A stretch of 64,000 nucleotides of DNA from Hormiphora californensis (taxonomy: Eukaryota; Animalia; Ctenophora), in assembly GCA_020137815.1 (NCBI GenBank), contig CM035354.1:8556001-8620000 (forward strand), given 5' to 3'. Positions within the stretch are counted from its first letter, which is position 1. Each line of letters opens with the position of its first letter. A program made the translations under genes and the position numbers. The notes under the pieces are model-generated. The model was not told the origin of the DNA. It did no database searches and worked only from the letters and a program-made list of their open reading frames with translations. Positions 43,705 to 55,185 of the stretch are shown in pieces.

Positions 43705-46700
43705 CTAACTACCAGTTGAATGAGCAAAATCCTGAAAATATCTCTTTTTCAGTACCCTTCTCGTTGGCTCTTTTCGAGCAGCAACGGTGCTAAGGAGATT
43801 GTCCATTTGTCCTTTCTCAGTTTTTCTCTTTTTTACACAACCATGTGTCGTTGCCACGGCTCTCTCTACCGCCTGACTGTGGCACGGTATCTCACTATCA
43901 AATGGCCTAACTAAATATGCTCTAATGTCTTTGCCGTTCAAAAGGGGAGGCCGGGTGACGGGTCTTTTCACCTGCTCTCCCGTGTAGGCTGGTCCTTTGT
44001 AAACCAAAAACCTCTTAGACCTAACATTACCACAGTACTGGATCATCCTGTAGTAATTTGGTGCTGAGAAGTTGATCAGGGGTCTCTCGAACTGCCTGAT
44101 CCTCCAGGACATGGTGGCTTTTGAAGAATATTTATCAATAGCCTGTATAGCTTCCACCGCCATACTCCGAACAAATGAGTCCTCATCTCCTGAAACACAT
44201 TGGTTGATTGTTAGTGAATAGATATAGATATAGAATATAATTTGCAAAGGATACATTCATATTTCATTCCCACCCATCCAATTTGAAGTTTGAATTACCT
44301 AACATGGCCAGTAAAACATTCTCAGGATGCATCATATAACAGTTTTCCTGGAGAGAGGTATGACATATTGCTTTCTCGTCGTCGTCGCAATAGTCATCGA
44401 TCCGATTTACAATGTTGTGGAAATGTACTGGACCCATGTGAATACCAGGTTGATGTTTCACAGCAGAGAACACCTAAACGGAGAAGATTTTGAAATAACA
44501 ACAATAATACACATACCCCTTAAATTTTTATAATAAGACTAATGAAACAAAAATACACACATACCGGAAAGTAGACGTGGCAGACGAACGTCACCAGACG
44601 GTCAACTTGTGCTCTGTGGACCGGTTTCAGTTCATCGTATGACTTGCTCACGTATAGGCGGATGATTCTGGTCGCCAGCGTCAGCCACCGTGCCTGATGT
44701 GTCTTGCCAATAGTTTTGTCTTTGATGGAAGATATATCTCCTGTCGATAGCCCCACAATGTAGAGATAGAGCAGTTGACGATCTGAACTCATCTCTTTCA
44801 CAACCTGGTGGGGGGGGGGGACAAATCGTCAACGTACGTTAGGAATATGCAAAATAGACAAAACCAAATGTCAAATGTTTTCTCCTTCATCATGTTTTTT
44901 TGTACCCACCGTTGGAGGGAGTTCACTGAAGGAGAGGGGAATCAAAGGAAATTGTCTGACTGCTATCTTCCAGAGATCGGTTGTAATTAACTTTCCAACT
45001 TCTCCTTGATACACGCCCGGGCCTAGAGGGATTATTAACGTGAAACTACATGGATTTGGAAAGGATGGGTAACAATTATTAGCACATCAATTGAGTTGAG
45101 AGAAAGTTAGTGAAAACTCACCTCCAGCTTCTCCGTCGTAGTAAAAAAACACTGATTTCAGAACATTCTCAACACAGTGTAGGATGCAAAACGATCGTTG
45201 TAGGGGCCTCCTTATCTGGCGGTCTTTTTCTATCGAAGCCATCGCACCGGTCTAAACAGAATACGGAATAGTTAGAGAATAACACTATGAGATAGAATTA
45301 GAATTGAGATATAGTATTTTTACTTTCAATGTACACCTACTTACAACTACACTTCATTGCTATTTCTTACCATGTATCCAGACATAGTTTGGCATTGATC
45401 TCCTCCCAGACACCGGAGTCCTGCCAGGCTAACTTTCAGCTCTAATTGGACTGTGTTCAGAATTGCTGCTGCAATTGAAACTCCTGATGGTGAAAGAAAA
45501 AGAGGTGTTATTACTTATATTGAGGGGCGGCGGTAAAAATAGAAGTGTCATAGTTGAATAATTATAATACATAGTAATATTTTGCATTGCATTATGATAA
45601 TGCATTACCTTTCCCATCCTCGGTGTAGGAGAATCCAATGGGCTCCTCTCCTGGGTATGCTACAAAAGAGTGGGTCTCTCTGGCCTTCCTGACTTCGTGT
45701 CCATCCTCTCTCAATGTAGAAACTCCCTTCTTTGAGTCAAAAAATATAGCTGGAAGTACAAGATGAGGGTTAGAAAATTTAACAAGCAGCCTAATAAGAA
45801 ATCAAGATTAGCCCCCGCCCACGTGGTTCGATTCAAATTAGTTACCTGTAACTTCAAGGTCAGCTATCCTGTCCCTTTCTCTCTTGGCGTGATTATTAGA
45901 CGATGTTCTGACATCTCCTCTACCGACAACTATCGGTGGCAAAGGTTGGTCAATCTTCCCTTCCGCCAGAAGCTTCTTTTCCCAGGCTTCCTTAGCTATT
46001 GTTACGGCGTGGGTGATCAAGGCTGCATTTGCTTCTTCTCCTGAAACAAAGGAAGGGTAAATGAAGAAAGATGTTAAGAAAAGTATTAAGAAAAGGAGAT
46101 TACTGATTAGAGATTGTACAGATTAATTGTTCTGCCTTACCATCGTTACTCTTGGCCAGCTTGCCGCCAAGGAGAGTGAGGTCCAGTTTAAGAAAATCAC
46201 CCACTGTTACAGTTCCCTTCCCTTCTTCAATCACAGACTGCTGACTTGTATCATCTATGTTGGCTGGTTCGGGTAGGAAGTCGGGATCCTTAGAGGCAGA
46301 ATCAAAACATAGCTGAGAGTTGCTCTGAAATGTAAATTTGTATTAGCCGCGACTCAGTCATTTTTGACTGCCTATTATAGGACCTACTGCCTATATAGGA
46401 ACTACTAATATTGCACTTAATTTTAAACTGAGTGAGGAAATGAAAAGTAAGTTGAATTGAATAGCAACTACGGTGAATTACCTCGTCAGGGATGTATGAT
46501 GGTCGGGGTCTGCAATCATTTTCACTGATTTCAACTACAGGACTTGGGACAGGTGCAGATGAACTCATATCGTCACTACTAGTTCCAGTACTATCCAAAC
46601 TTGGGCTCTAAAGATATGTGCTTGGGTTACGGGAGTTCAAATTAGGGGATTGAGAAATATATAAATGAGAAATAATATAACTATCAGACTATACAGATAC

Positions 46701-47471
46701 TAGGTAAAATTGACGGTTTATTAATTATCGTACCTGCAGTTGTTCTATTTGGGAGCGAAAAGTAGTCAGCGGTTCAACTTGTTGAGTAACGGCTTCAGTG
46801 GTTTCCAAACTGAGGTCCTATTTAAACGGAAAAGGAGAATTAAATTCAAGTTATGGGAGTTTAAAACAATGGTGATTGGGCTCTATATAATATTAGAGGT
46901 TGGATATTATGCCTATTAGACCGGTAGGTTGCAAATACCTTGGCAGCAGAAGATTTCGATGCTGCAGGAGCGAGAGGAAATGACACTAGCAGAGAATTCT
47001 CAAACACTTCGACTCTCTCTTTCTTACTCTTGCCCCGATTTTTTTTCTAGATTTTTCAAAATCTCGAATCTTGCTGGGGAGGAGGGAGAATTAGCAAATA
47101 ATAATTATTTAGCAAATAATAATTATAACGATCGGACGACGGATAGCCAAAAAATTTCAAATCAATGACTTTACTAACTTGCCAATGAATGTTTTCCTCC
47201 TATGCTGCTCATTATCGGGCCAAGTCAGTACTTCAGGAGTATACAACTTCAGGATATCAACTACCAGTCTTGGAAGCACAGCAGTAAACGATTTGTCTCG
47301 ATGATTTGTTGCCTCCTCTGTCAAATACAGCAAGTGGCTGAATACATCGGCAACAGTAACACTAGCACTAGCAGGGGTTTTATCAAATGCTCTTTCAGGG
47401 ACAAAATGTTTCCAGTTATATACCATGTGAAAAGCAGTATTGCAGTAAGAATGAAATTTATGTGTACGCAT
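43705..47471 (-). CDS. Multi-exon hAT-superfamily transposase (start uncertain)
   Basis: Spliced segments give AIFFDSK (D1), ETHSFVAYPG, LGGDQCQTMSG (D2), CILHCVE (CxxH), HQARWLTLATRIIRLY, HPENVLLAML, INFSA, PPLL and PCHSQAVER (E). About 12-13 exons. Confidence 0.85.
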
Positions 47472-48193
47472 ATTGGCTTTTATATATATACCTACATAGA
47501 TCAATATTATACCACTCTTCCTTCCAATAACCCTTTTTTGTTTTGAGTCGTGGTGTTATTCACACTAATTGAGAGGCGAGGTTATTTAGACCGGATCATG
47601 CTACCAGTTGGTGGTCTCATTTCATGGACCCAATTCCATAAACAGCTCGATCACTGTTTTCTGGAGATCTTGCAAGGATCACTCTGAGTAGGGGTGTTCG
47701 GTGGCATATGATTTGATTTGAAAAGATATTATATAAACGTACAAATTGCACATTAAATAAATACCCGACTGACTCTTACTAATAGTTTAGCAGCCTATGG
47801 CGCGAGTGCTTACGTCTTAAAAAAACTCATTTAAAATTATTTTAAAAAAAAGTAGCTATAAGGCTAAAACACACTCTTATACTGGTTGTAAGCTAAATTT
47901 ATTTAACTCATTAATAACAACAATTATATTTAATACTTACCCTTGATTCCCAGTTCCCCACCTCCCTCCCCCATAAACCATACCCCGAATTTAACGTCAT
48001 GTCGACTGTTGGGTAGATGTTAAGATCAGTTGTAATTCACATCTGTGGTGCGGGTCCACCATCTTGTTTCAAACTGCTCAACACCACTCCAAACCTTCAA
48101 TTTGAGTACAATGTAAGAATGAAAGCTATGTGTGGAAGAAGGACAGTTATTGTAAGATAAGGAAGAGAAAGGGGCCCACACCACAGCAGCGAA

Positions 48194-51100
48194 TTAAGTT
48201 ATGTCGTGTAAGGCTTTCCAGAGATGGTCTTTCAGTCTAGAGGAAAATAAATGGTGTTCAGCTGTATTTCTCAGTTCTTTAGGAAGTAAGTTCCACTCAA
48301 GGTGGCAACGATAAAAGTAACAGTTTTTGAACAGGTCTACTCTGGGTTGTTCGGTACATATAATGTCCGTACTGTCTCGTTTTGTTTGTTGTCTGGTGGC
48401 ACGTCTATCATGTAATTCCGGATTGTATTTTTGTAGGAAAGATGGGAGTTTTATAGGAGACGTCTCATAGAATATTTTATGGAACAACTTAAGATCATTA
48501 TATTGAAATTTTTGAGTCATTGGGAGTACGTCAATCTCCCTGAGTTTCTTTATATACGTATCTAAACTATAACTGGTATCTGTTTCACCGAATATCCATT
48601 TTGTGGCACGTTTCTGGAGTCGTTCAAACTTAAGCAGACTTGACTCACTTTGTGGACGCCATATTTGGCTACAGTGTTCGAACAAAGATCTAACTAGACT
48701 AATGTAGAGGTTCTTCTTTTTAAGTGGACATTTAACTAATACGCCTACACGCTTCACCAGTCCTAATCTTTGAGAAGCTTTGGAAACAACATTTTTCTGG
48801 TGTTCGATTGGCGACAACTTGTGATTAGTTGAGACTCCTAGATCGACTTCATTTTCACATAATTTGATTTCATCTCTGCCTAGGTGATAATTTAATTGAC
48901 GTTGTTTAATAATTTTAGTACACCTAAGCAGCTTACACTTTTTAGGATGGAATATCATTTTATTATTCTTTGCCCATTCCACTAAACTATCGATATCGGG
49001 CTGCAAACTATCTTCTTCACTATTTATAACCCGCCAAATTTTCAGATCATCTGCATATAGCCTAATTTTAGTTAGATCATCTTCTCTTAAAACATTAACA
49101 ATATCATTTATGAATAATACAAACAAGAAAGGACCTAGTATTGATCCTTGTGGAACTCCACTCCTAACCTCTACCCATTCTGAAAAATCCCCATCTAACA
49201 CAACCCTCTGTTGCCTACCAGATAAATAATTCATTAGGAAACGTAACATCTTACCTCCTAAATTAAACTCATTTTTCAGCTTATTTATTATTACATCATG
49301 AGATACACTATCAAATGCTTTCTGAAAGTCAAAATAAACTATATCTGTTTGATTTCGGTTATTTATGTTAAGCGCTAATTCACAATTAAACTCAATCAGT
49401 TGTGACGTACATGATTTCAAGGGTACAAAACCATGCTGGTAGGGAGTTATTTTTTCTAGACAGGCTTTATATAGGCGTTCTCTTACTAATTTCTCAAAAA
49501 CTTTCATAACAAGGCAAGTCAGGGATATAGGCCTATAGTTCTCAACGCATGAGCGATCCCCTTTCTTGTAAACTGGGACAACGTTCGCGGTTTTCCATTC
49601 TGTTGGTATACATCCCTCTGAGTATGATTTATTAAATATAAGGGTGAGTGGATAAGCTAGGGATTTATGACATTTCTTAAGCACAACACCGTCAATATTA
49701 TCTGGACCTGTTGCTTTTGACGCATCCAACTTTTTTAGAATCTTTAGAATCTCATCAAATCTAAATATCTCAGAGTTAAAATCATTAGTGTGATCTCTAT
49801 CAATATCAACAGTTTCTTTGTAGGTGCTAGATTCAGTGAATTGATTACAGAAAAATTCATTGAACATTTCACATTTACGACGACTCGAAGAGCTAAATTC
49901 ATTATTAAAGTATACTCTCTCAGGAATTCTAGTGCTATTCGTTTTAGACTTTACGTGTTTGAAAAATTTCTTTGATACATTAGCATTGGGTGTAAGTTCA
50001 TCTATAGAGGAAAGCTCGAGAAAGGATGTTTCTTTCTCTATTGCTAGTGTTCTGTATTGATGTTCTTTGAGTTCGTATTCCTCTTTAGCTACAATACTAT
50101 CTATATTTTTCAAGTAGGCTTTTCTAGAGTTATCGAACGATTTCTTAAGTTGGCGTAGTTCTTCATCATACCAAGGTGGCTGTGAGCCAATTTTTACATT
50201 GACTAATGGTACATTATGACGTAGTGCAATGTCTAACCTAGACTTAAAGACTTGTAGGGACTGCTCTGCTGACAGATCCTTGAACTGTCCTAACCAGTCA
50301 ATTCCTAAAAGCTCTTCATTTAGAGAGTCCCAATCAGCTTTTCTATAGGAGAATTTCTTACAATTTTTATACTTAGGGCGTGATTTTTTGAAATTTATCT
50401 CACATTTTACTGTAAGATGGTCCGACTTTACAAGACTATTCTCTTCGAGCAAAACATTAGAATAAGTAGTTTCTATGTTAGTAAGTATTAAGTCGAGAAT
50501 ATTTCCATCCCTATGCGTTGGTACATTAACTAGAGACTTTAGGCCTAGAGATAAAAATAAATTGATAAAACTCTCATGAGTACTATTATTTGACACTGGG
50601 ACGTCCCAGTTATCCACCGAACTTAGGTTTAGATCCCCTATAATGGTGAGATTCTTAAACTTCTTGGCAAGATTAGTATAGTACCGTTCCGCCTCTTTGA
50701 AGTGTTCCGATCCAGAATAATCATATCTATAAAATGTCGAGATACAAATGGGTGCTATATTTTTATGCTTTAGAAGAATAGTAACTATTGGTAAATCGGT
50801 CTTCGTTTTAACTAACTCTGTCTCAACTCCAATATTGTTTTTACATAGTATTAAAACTCCTCCACCTCCTTTTTTATTAAAAGTTTTCATATCCTTTTCA
50901 GTGCGGTCTTTTCTAAATATAGAGTAATAATTATCTGATATAAGTTCCCCTTCACTAATATATTTATTCAGCCAAGTTTCATTTAACACAACGATATCAG
51001 GCGAGTAGGTGAATAAGTATGCTTTTAGATCCCTAAGTTTAGAGGCCTGAAATTCAGGCTGATCCCCACCTATTGTGTGCATCTTTATAAGACCGTTAAC

Positions 51101-51610
51101 ATTACAATACACTAATTTCAACGTTTTATCAGGCCCTGGATTAATAATATCCGGATGGCTTCTCAGTAGAAGCATTTTCGCTAATGATGTAACAAACATT
51201 ACAAGTATAGTACATCGGCATCTAACTTTGAGCATAGTAATACATACGAGCCTAAGTTTTTTATACCATAAATATGTATATTTACTAGAACTCATACCTT
51301 TGACTAGGAATAGCAATAGTACACAATTAGCATACCAGATATATGGAAAGTTAATATCAAACCAAAATTGTCCTTCGTTCCTGAACTTGACACTTGGAGG
51401 GGTGCTCCTGAACATTAATCCTAAAAGAGCTATCATTAGTATTGTGTAACAAATGTATATGGTGAAATGGTAGATAAGTATGTCTGTCGTTTCATTGTAT
51501 TGTCTTTTATTAATATTATTGTCGGTGTTGTCAACTTTTATCCTTTTCCCCCCAGCCAAACCCCCCGCAAACCCCCCAATAGCTTTTCTGTACTGTTCGA
51601 CACTGATCAT
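48194..51610 (-). CDS. LINE ORF2: hydrophobic leader + APE endonuclease + reverse transcriptase (1138 aa)
   Basis: YCNVNGL, NETWL, GGGVL, GDLNL, ILDLIL and SDH (APE); KATGPDNI, PVYKKG, NYRPISL, QHGF, DFQKAFDSV, GVPQGSILGP, YADD and DLGV (RT). Confidence 0.97.
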   Translation of the reverse strand: MISVEQYRKAIGGFAGGLAGGKRIKVDNTDNNINKRQYNETTDILIYHFTIYICYTILMIALLGLMFRSTPPSVKFRNEGQFWFDINFPYIWYANCVLLLFLVKGMSSSKYTYLWYKKLRLVCITMLKVRCRCTILVMFVTSLAKMLLLRSHPDIINPGPDKTLKLVYCNVNGLIKMHTIGGDQPEFQASKLRDLKAYLFTYSPDIVVLNETWLNKYISEGELISDNYYSIFRKDRTEKDMKTFNKKGGGGVLILCKNNIGVETELVKTKTDLPIVTILLKHKNIAPICISTFYRYDYSGSEHFKEAERYYTNLAKKFKNLTIIGDLNLSSVDNWDVPVSNNSTHESFINLFLSLGLKSLVNVPTHRDGNILDLILTNIETTYSNVLLEENSLVKSDHLTVKCEINFKKSRPKYKNCKKFSYRKADWDSLNEELLGIDWLGQFKDLSAEQSLQVFKSRLDIALRHNVPLVNVKIGSQPPWYDEELRQLKKSFDNSRKAYLKNIDSIVAKEEYELKEHQYRTLAIEKETSFLELSSIDELTPNANVSKKFFKHVKSKTNSTRIPERVYFNNEFSSSSRRKCEMFNEFFCNQFTESSTYKETVDIDRDHTNDFNSEIFRFDEILKILKKLDASKATGPDNIDGVVLKKCHKSLAYPLTLIFNKSYSEGCIPTEWKTANVVPVYKKGDRSCVENYRPISLTCLVMKVFEKLVRERLYKACLEKITPYQHGFVPLKSCTSQLIEFNCELALNINNRNQTDIVYFDFQKAFDSVSHDVIINKLKNEFNLGGKMLRFLMNYLSGRQQRVVLDGDFSEWVEVRSGVPQGSILGPFLFVLFINDIVNVLREDDLTKIRLYADDLKIWRVINSEEDSLQPDIDSLVEWAKNNKMIFHPKKCKLLRCTKIIKQRQLNYHLGRDEIKLCENEVDLGVSTNHKLSPIEHQKNVVSKASQRLGLVKRVGVLVKCPLKKKNLYISLVRSLFEHCSQIWRPQSESSLLKFERLQKRATKWIFGETDTSYSLDTYIKKLREIDVLPMTQKFQYNDLKLFHKIFYETSPIKLPSFLQKYNPELHDRRATRQQTKRDSTDIICTEQPRVDLFKNCYFYRCHLEWNLLPKELRNTAEHHLFSSRLKDHLWKALHDIT

Positions 51611-51765
51611 TTGTTCGGGTTTACGATTGGAGTTTAGGGATGGGCTTAGAGTTTAGGGTTAGATTTAGATTTTAGATTTGGGAGTCAGGGGATGAGATCA
51701 ATGAAAATCAGTAAAACAAAGCCCAAAAATATCCCCATATTAATATTATTGTTATCATTAAATCA

Positions 51766-53175
51766 TTAAATATAATTCTCCATTAACTCTTCATATACTA
51801 TTTCATTAAGCACATTATATCCACTAGGATTCAGATGTACTCCATCATTTGAGAAAAGATCATTGTTGAAATTAAGCTCACTATTCAAAAATGGAATAGT
51901 CCAATCTACTCCTATACATTTCATTGATCTCACAACACTCGTTACAATCCTATTAAACATGAAAACATTACTAGCAGTCCAACCATAGTCTGGCCTAAGT
52001 GGAATAACTGTGGCCAGCACGATTTCAGTTGTCTTCCCAAACATGTTTCTAATTTCCCTAACGAGGTCAACATATGAATCAAAAATATCCTTCTTACCAC
52101 TATGAGACCTTACAAATTTACACCACTTCCTGATGTCGTTCGTGCCGAACGCAACTATAACCTTTCTAACAACCAGTTCAGGTTCTCTCTCTCTAAAGCC
52201 TCTCAACATGTCTATGGCTAGACTTCCCTCCCAGCCTCTGAATGGCCTGCAGAGCCTCGCACCCGATACCGACACATTTATCACATCCAGGTCCTCGTTC
52301 ACCCACTTCGTCATGGAAGTTCCCAGGAGTAGAGTCCTTGGAGAATTAGGTGCCGATTGTGGAGCGGCGGTAGAAAATCCAGAGACATCTGGCTGGTATC
52401 CATCCAACATAGGGGGTACAGGCGAAAATGTCATCTGAGACACCACAGGGGATACGACGGGGGACACCATAGGCTGAGGAACCACCGACTGAGCTAGTGG
52501 TGGTGGTGGTGTAGGAGCGAGAGGTGATGTACTAAGCCTCTTCCGGAATGAGAGGGCATACCTAACCCCTTGCTCTACCTTGTTGGCCCGATGCTTGAAG
52601 TGCTCCTGGCACCCTTTCATCATGGTGTAAGCCTCTCCGTCTTTCAGATTGATGGACAGTGACGGTCTCATCCTTCCGTCCCCAAGGTAGGGGATGAAGT
52701 CCACTGTCCCTGGCGACCCAAAATTAACGACTGTTATAGAGGAAGAGTCGTCCAATGTGTCCTCAAAATCAGAGTGGTAGTGCACCCCTTCTCCTCTCCT
52801 ATACCTGGTTACCAGACACGAGTTGTATCCGCAGCCCAACTCACTGTTCAATTTCCCCATTAATCCCATGATGTTGGGGTACTTGGCTATATCCACAGGA
52901 GGCAGTTGAACTTTACCCCATCCATACCCAAGTCCTGTGTTTGACAACCAGGTATTTTTTTGGTCAAAGTCTTCGACCTCCCAATGCAACGATTCTGAGT
53001 CAACTTCAGGGACTCCCCTCCCATGAAACGTAACATACTTGCTGGGATCCTTTTTCGGAACCCCAAACTTCTTTCTTCTCTCAAGCTCCTGTTGCGCCAG
53101 TAGTATGATTCTCTCCAACACAGGGGACGACACACGAGTAAAGATTTGGTCGAGGGGAGTGTTGTCTAGGTCCAT
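51766..53175 (-). CDS. LINE ORF1: AlkB-like 2OG-Fe(II) dioxygenase + Pro-rich linker + SGNH/GDSL esterase (469 aa)
   Basis: AlkB signature: YNSCLVTRY..G..V.YHSD (HxD, 52768-76), QEHFKH, RYALSFR. SGNH blocks I, II, III and V: LLLGTSM, VSGA, FGTND, DGVHL. Confidence 0.88.
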   Translation of the reverse strand: MDLDNTPLDQIFTRVSSPVLERIILLAQQELERRKKFGVPKKDPSKYVTFHGRGVPEVDSESLHWEVEDFDQKNTWLSNTGLGYGWGKVQLPPVDIAKYPNIMGLMGKLNSELGCGYNSCLVTRYRRGEGVHYHSDFEDTLDDSSSITVVNFGSPGTVDFIPYLGDGRMRPSLSINLKDGEAYTMMKGCQEHFKHRANKVEQGVRYALSFRKRLSTSPLAPTPPPPLAQSVVPQPMVSPVVSPVVSQMTFSPVPPMLDGYQPDVSGFSTAAPQSAPNSPRTLLLGTSMTKWVNEDLDVINVSVSGARLCRPFRGWEGSLAIDMLRGFREREPELVVRKVIVAFGTNDIRKWCKFVRSHSGKKDIFDSYVDLVREIRNMFGKTTEIVLATVIPLRPDYGWTASNVFMFNRIVTSVVRSMKCIGVDWTIPFLNSELNFNNDLFSNDGVHLNPSGYNVLNEIVYEELMENYI

Positions 53176-55185
53176 ATTTGAGGTATCTTAGCAGCCCATC
53201 CTAAAATCCATGCTAAAACAGGCTGATTAACCCAAGGACATTGTCCTCAAATTAATTTGTTTAAAGTAGTGCCGAAACCTGTAACCGAAACCTGTAACCT
53301 CTGGCAGAATCTAATTACCGAGCGCAAGCGCTCCTTATCACGTGACTCAGTGATGTCATGTGTCACGTGATAATATTTGAAAATTATAATCGCTTTTCCT
53401 TACGCCATTTTTCGGAGTATGAACATGAGATAAGGTTCATTCTGTTCACACGACTGAGAGCTTTCGATTCATACCAATAGCAAAAAAACTTTTTTTCCAA
53501 AAACCTGCCCTACCCTGTATCAAACATCCATTCCACTTGGTGACATTGACACCTAGTGCGTGCGAGATCGAGCTCGCACGTGTGTGAGCTCAATCTTGGT
53601 CGCGCACGGTGTCTATGTCACCAACCATTCCACTAAATGCCCCTAACTGTCCCAGGTGGAAATACACCTACCACCCCCTTGATTTTGACAGTAAGGGGTC
53701 CTATCTAACTAACTGTCTCACAACCCAAACATCTATCTGCCACAGACACCCAAATTATTGAAAATTAGGAGTCCTTACCCAAATTTTTGGACGCACCCCC
53801 AAAAATAGTGCGTGTGGAACACCAAATTGCCTGACCAAAATCATATTGTGCAAAAATCATCGTAGTGCTTTCAGGACCCAAAATTCCCAAATTTTGACCC
53901 AAACTTCAAAAGTTTTGACAGTTAGAGGGAAATCCTAACTGTCCGGGTCCCGTCTGATGCAGTTGGATTGACCCCCCTCCCTGTGATGCATGCTAGATTA
54001 ACATGCCTGAACAATGTAACTGGATGCAGTACGTGTTCGAAATTTTAAAATGTCTAACTTTCTACGTTGACGTTAAGCCTGCTTCTTAGAACATAGTAGC
54101 CAGCATGAATCGTCGATACCAAGGGAGGGAGACATTTTAATCTAACAATATCTTATGCAAATTTGCATCTTTGTGACGTCACGTTATATCTTCCCAAACC
54201 ATATAAAAGGATCAGATCACGTACCAGAGGTAAGGACAGACAGATGGAGAGGGTTTCTGTGTGTCAGTGTGAGTGATAGATACAGTCAGCACTGTAGAGA
54301 AATAAAACCCAGGAACCTAGATTTGCGATTGGTACGATTGCCGCAGTTGTACTATTAATAAATAATACAGTCGGACCCTGACTTTCCGGGATGCTCATTG
54401 CTCACTGAGGGTTGCTAAGTTGAAACTTTTTGAGTACACAATTTTTAAGTCTTGCACGTGTATTGGGTTGTTCTAGGGACTAATTTCCGTGTTTTGAAAT
54501 TTTAAAACCGTTTGGGCTGAATTTACTCGTTCGTTACGTTGAATTTCGTTTCACTTGCTTGTCTCAGACACTAAAAAGGGCTATTTTCCTCAATAAAATG
54601 CAACTCAAATCTGCCTCTAGTTCTCATTTCCATCACACATGACCTCCCAGTTACCACTGAACTGTCTCTCGGGCCTGGCCTGATCTCATTACTAAATTAC
54701 AGCAACAATTTTTTTCCAATATTACCCCCCGCCCCACCCCCACCCGCCCTACCCCACCCACCTCTCCCAATATAGCGGACATTGCAAAACACCACACTAC
54801 AGAGACAATCCTTGTGTTTTGGTGCACTAAGTCGCTTATCGCGTGTAACAACTAACAAATGTTATTATCTATCTCATCCGAATCGTCTTCTAGAACATTT
54901 TACACTCTAGTGGTGCTACAATCTGCCCAACCCATTGTTTGTGTTTGATCGTTTTCGTTCTTTGTCACCATTGGAAATGTTTACACCTCTCATCTCATCA
55001 CCAACAACATCACGGTACCAATCATTCATCAAGGTCGTAAGTTCACCTGTCCGTATTGTTTGTTCATTTATTGTGTACAGTTGATATTGTGAATGTAATT
55101 GACTATTCAATAATTAAGAGTAAGACAAGACATAGCTTGAGAGTGTGCCCCAGACAGACCAACAAATACGATAAATATCAAACCA

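Larger units (their letters stand above)
47711..53292 (-). mobile_element. Apparently full-length CR1/L2-group LINE with intact ORF1 and ORF2
   Basis: Two intact ORFs on the same strand, 155 nt apart; ~480-nt 3' UTR; (CAAAT)2 tail at 47711; inserted into the hAT TIR with no clear TSD. Confidence 0.93.
43320..53512 (-). mobile_element. Autonomous-type hAT (hATx/hATm-like) DNA transposon with ~280-bp TIRs; right TIR split by a LINE
   Basis: Ends TAGGGCAGG / CCTGCCCTA; 8-bp TSD CCCTGTAT (43312-19, 53513-20). The left TIR 43320-43598 matches 53293-53512 plus 47654-47710. Confidence 0.93.
43296..53985. mobile_element. Outer ~0.5-kb non-autonomous element with CACAG...CTGTG ends (CMC/Chapaev-like), hosting the hAT insertion
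   Basis: TIRs CACAGGGGGGGGATC / GACCCCCCTCCCTGTG; 3-bp TSD ATG (43293-95, 53986-88). Confidence 0.65.

Noticed and set aside
51766-53175. AlkB ORF as bacterial contamination or an independent host ALKBH gene
   Set aside because: It is intronless, fused to an SGNH domain typical of LINE ORF1, 155 nt upstream of ORF2 on the same strand, and wholly inside the insertion that splits the hAT TIR.
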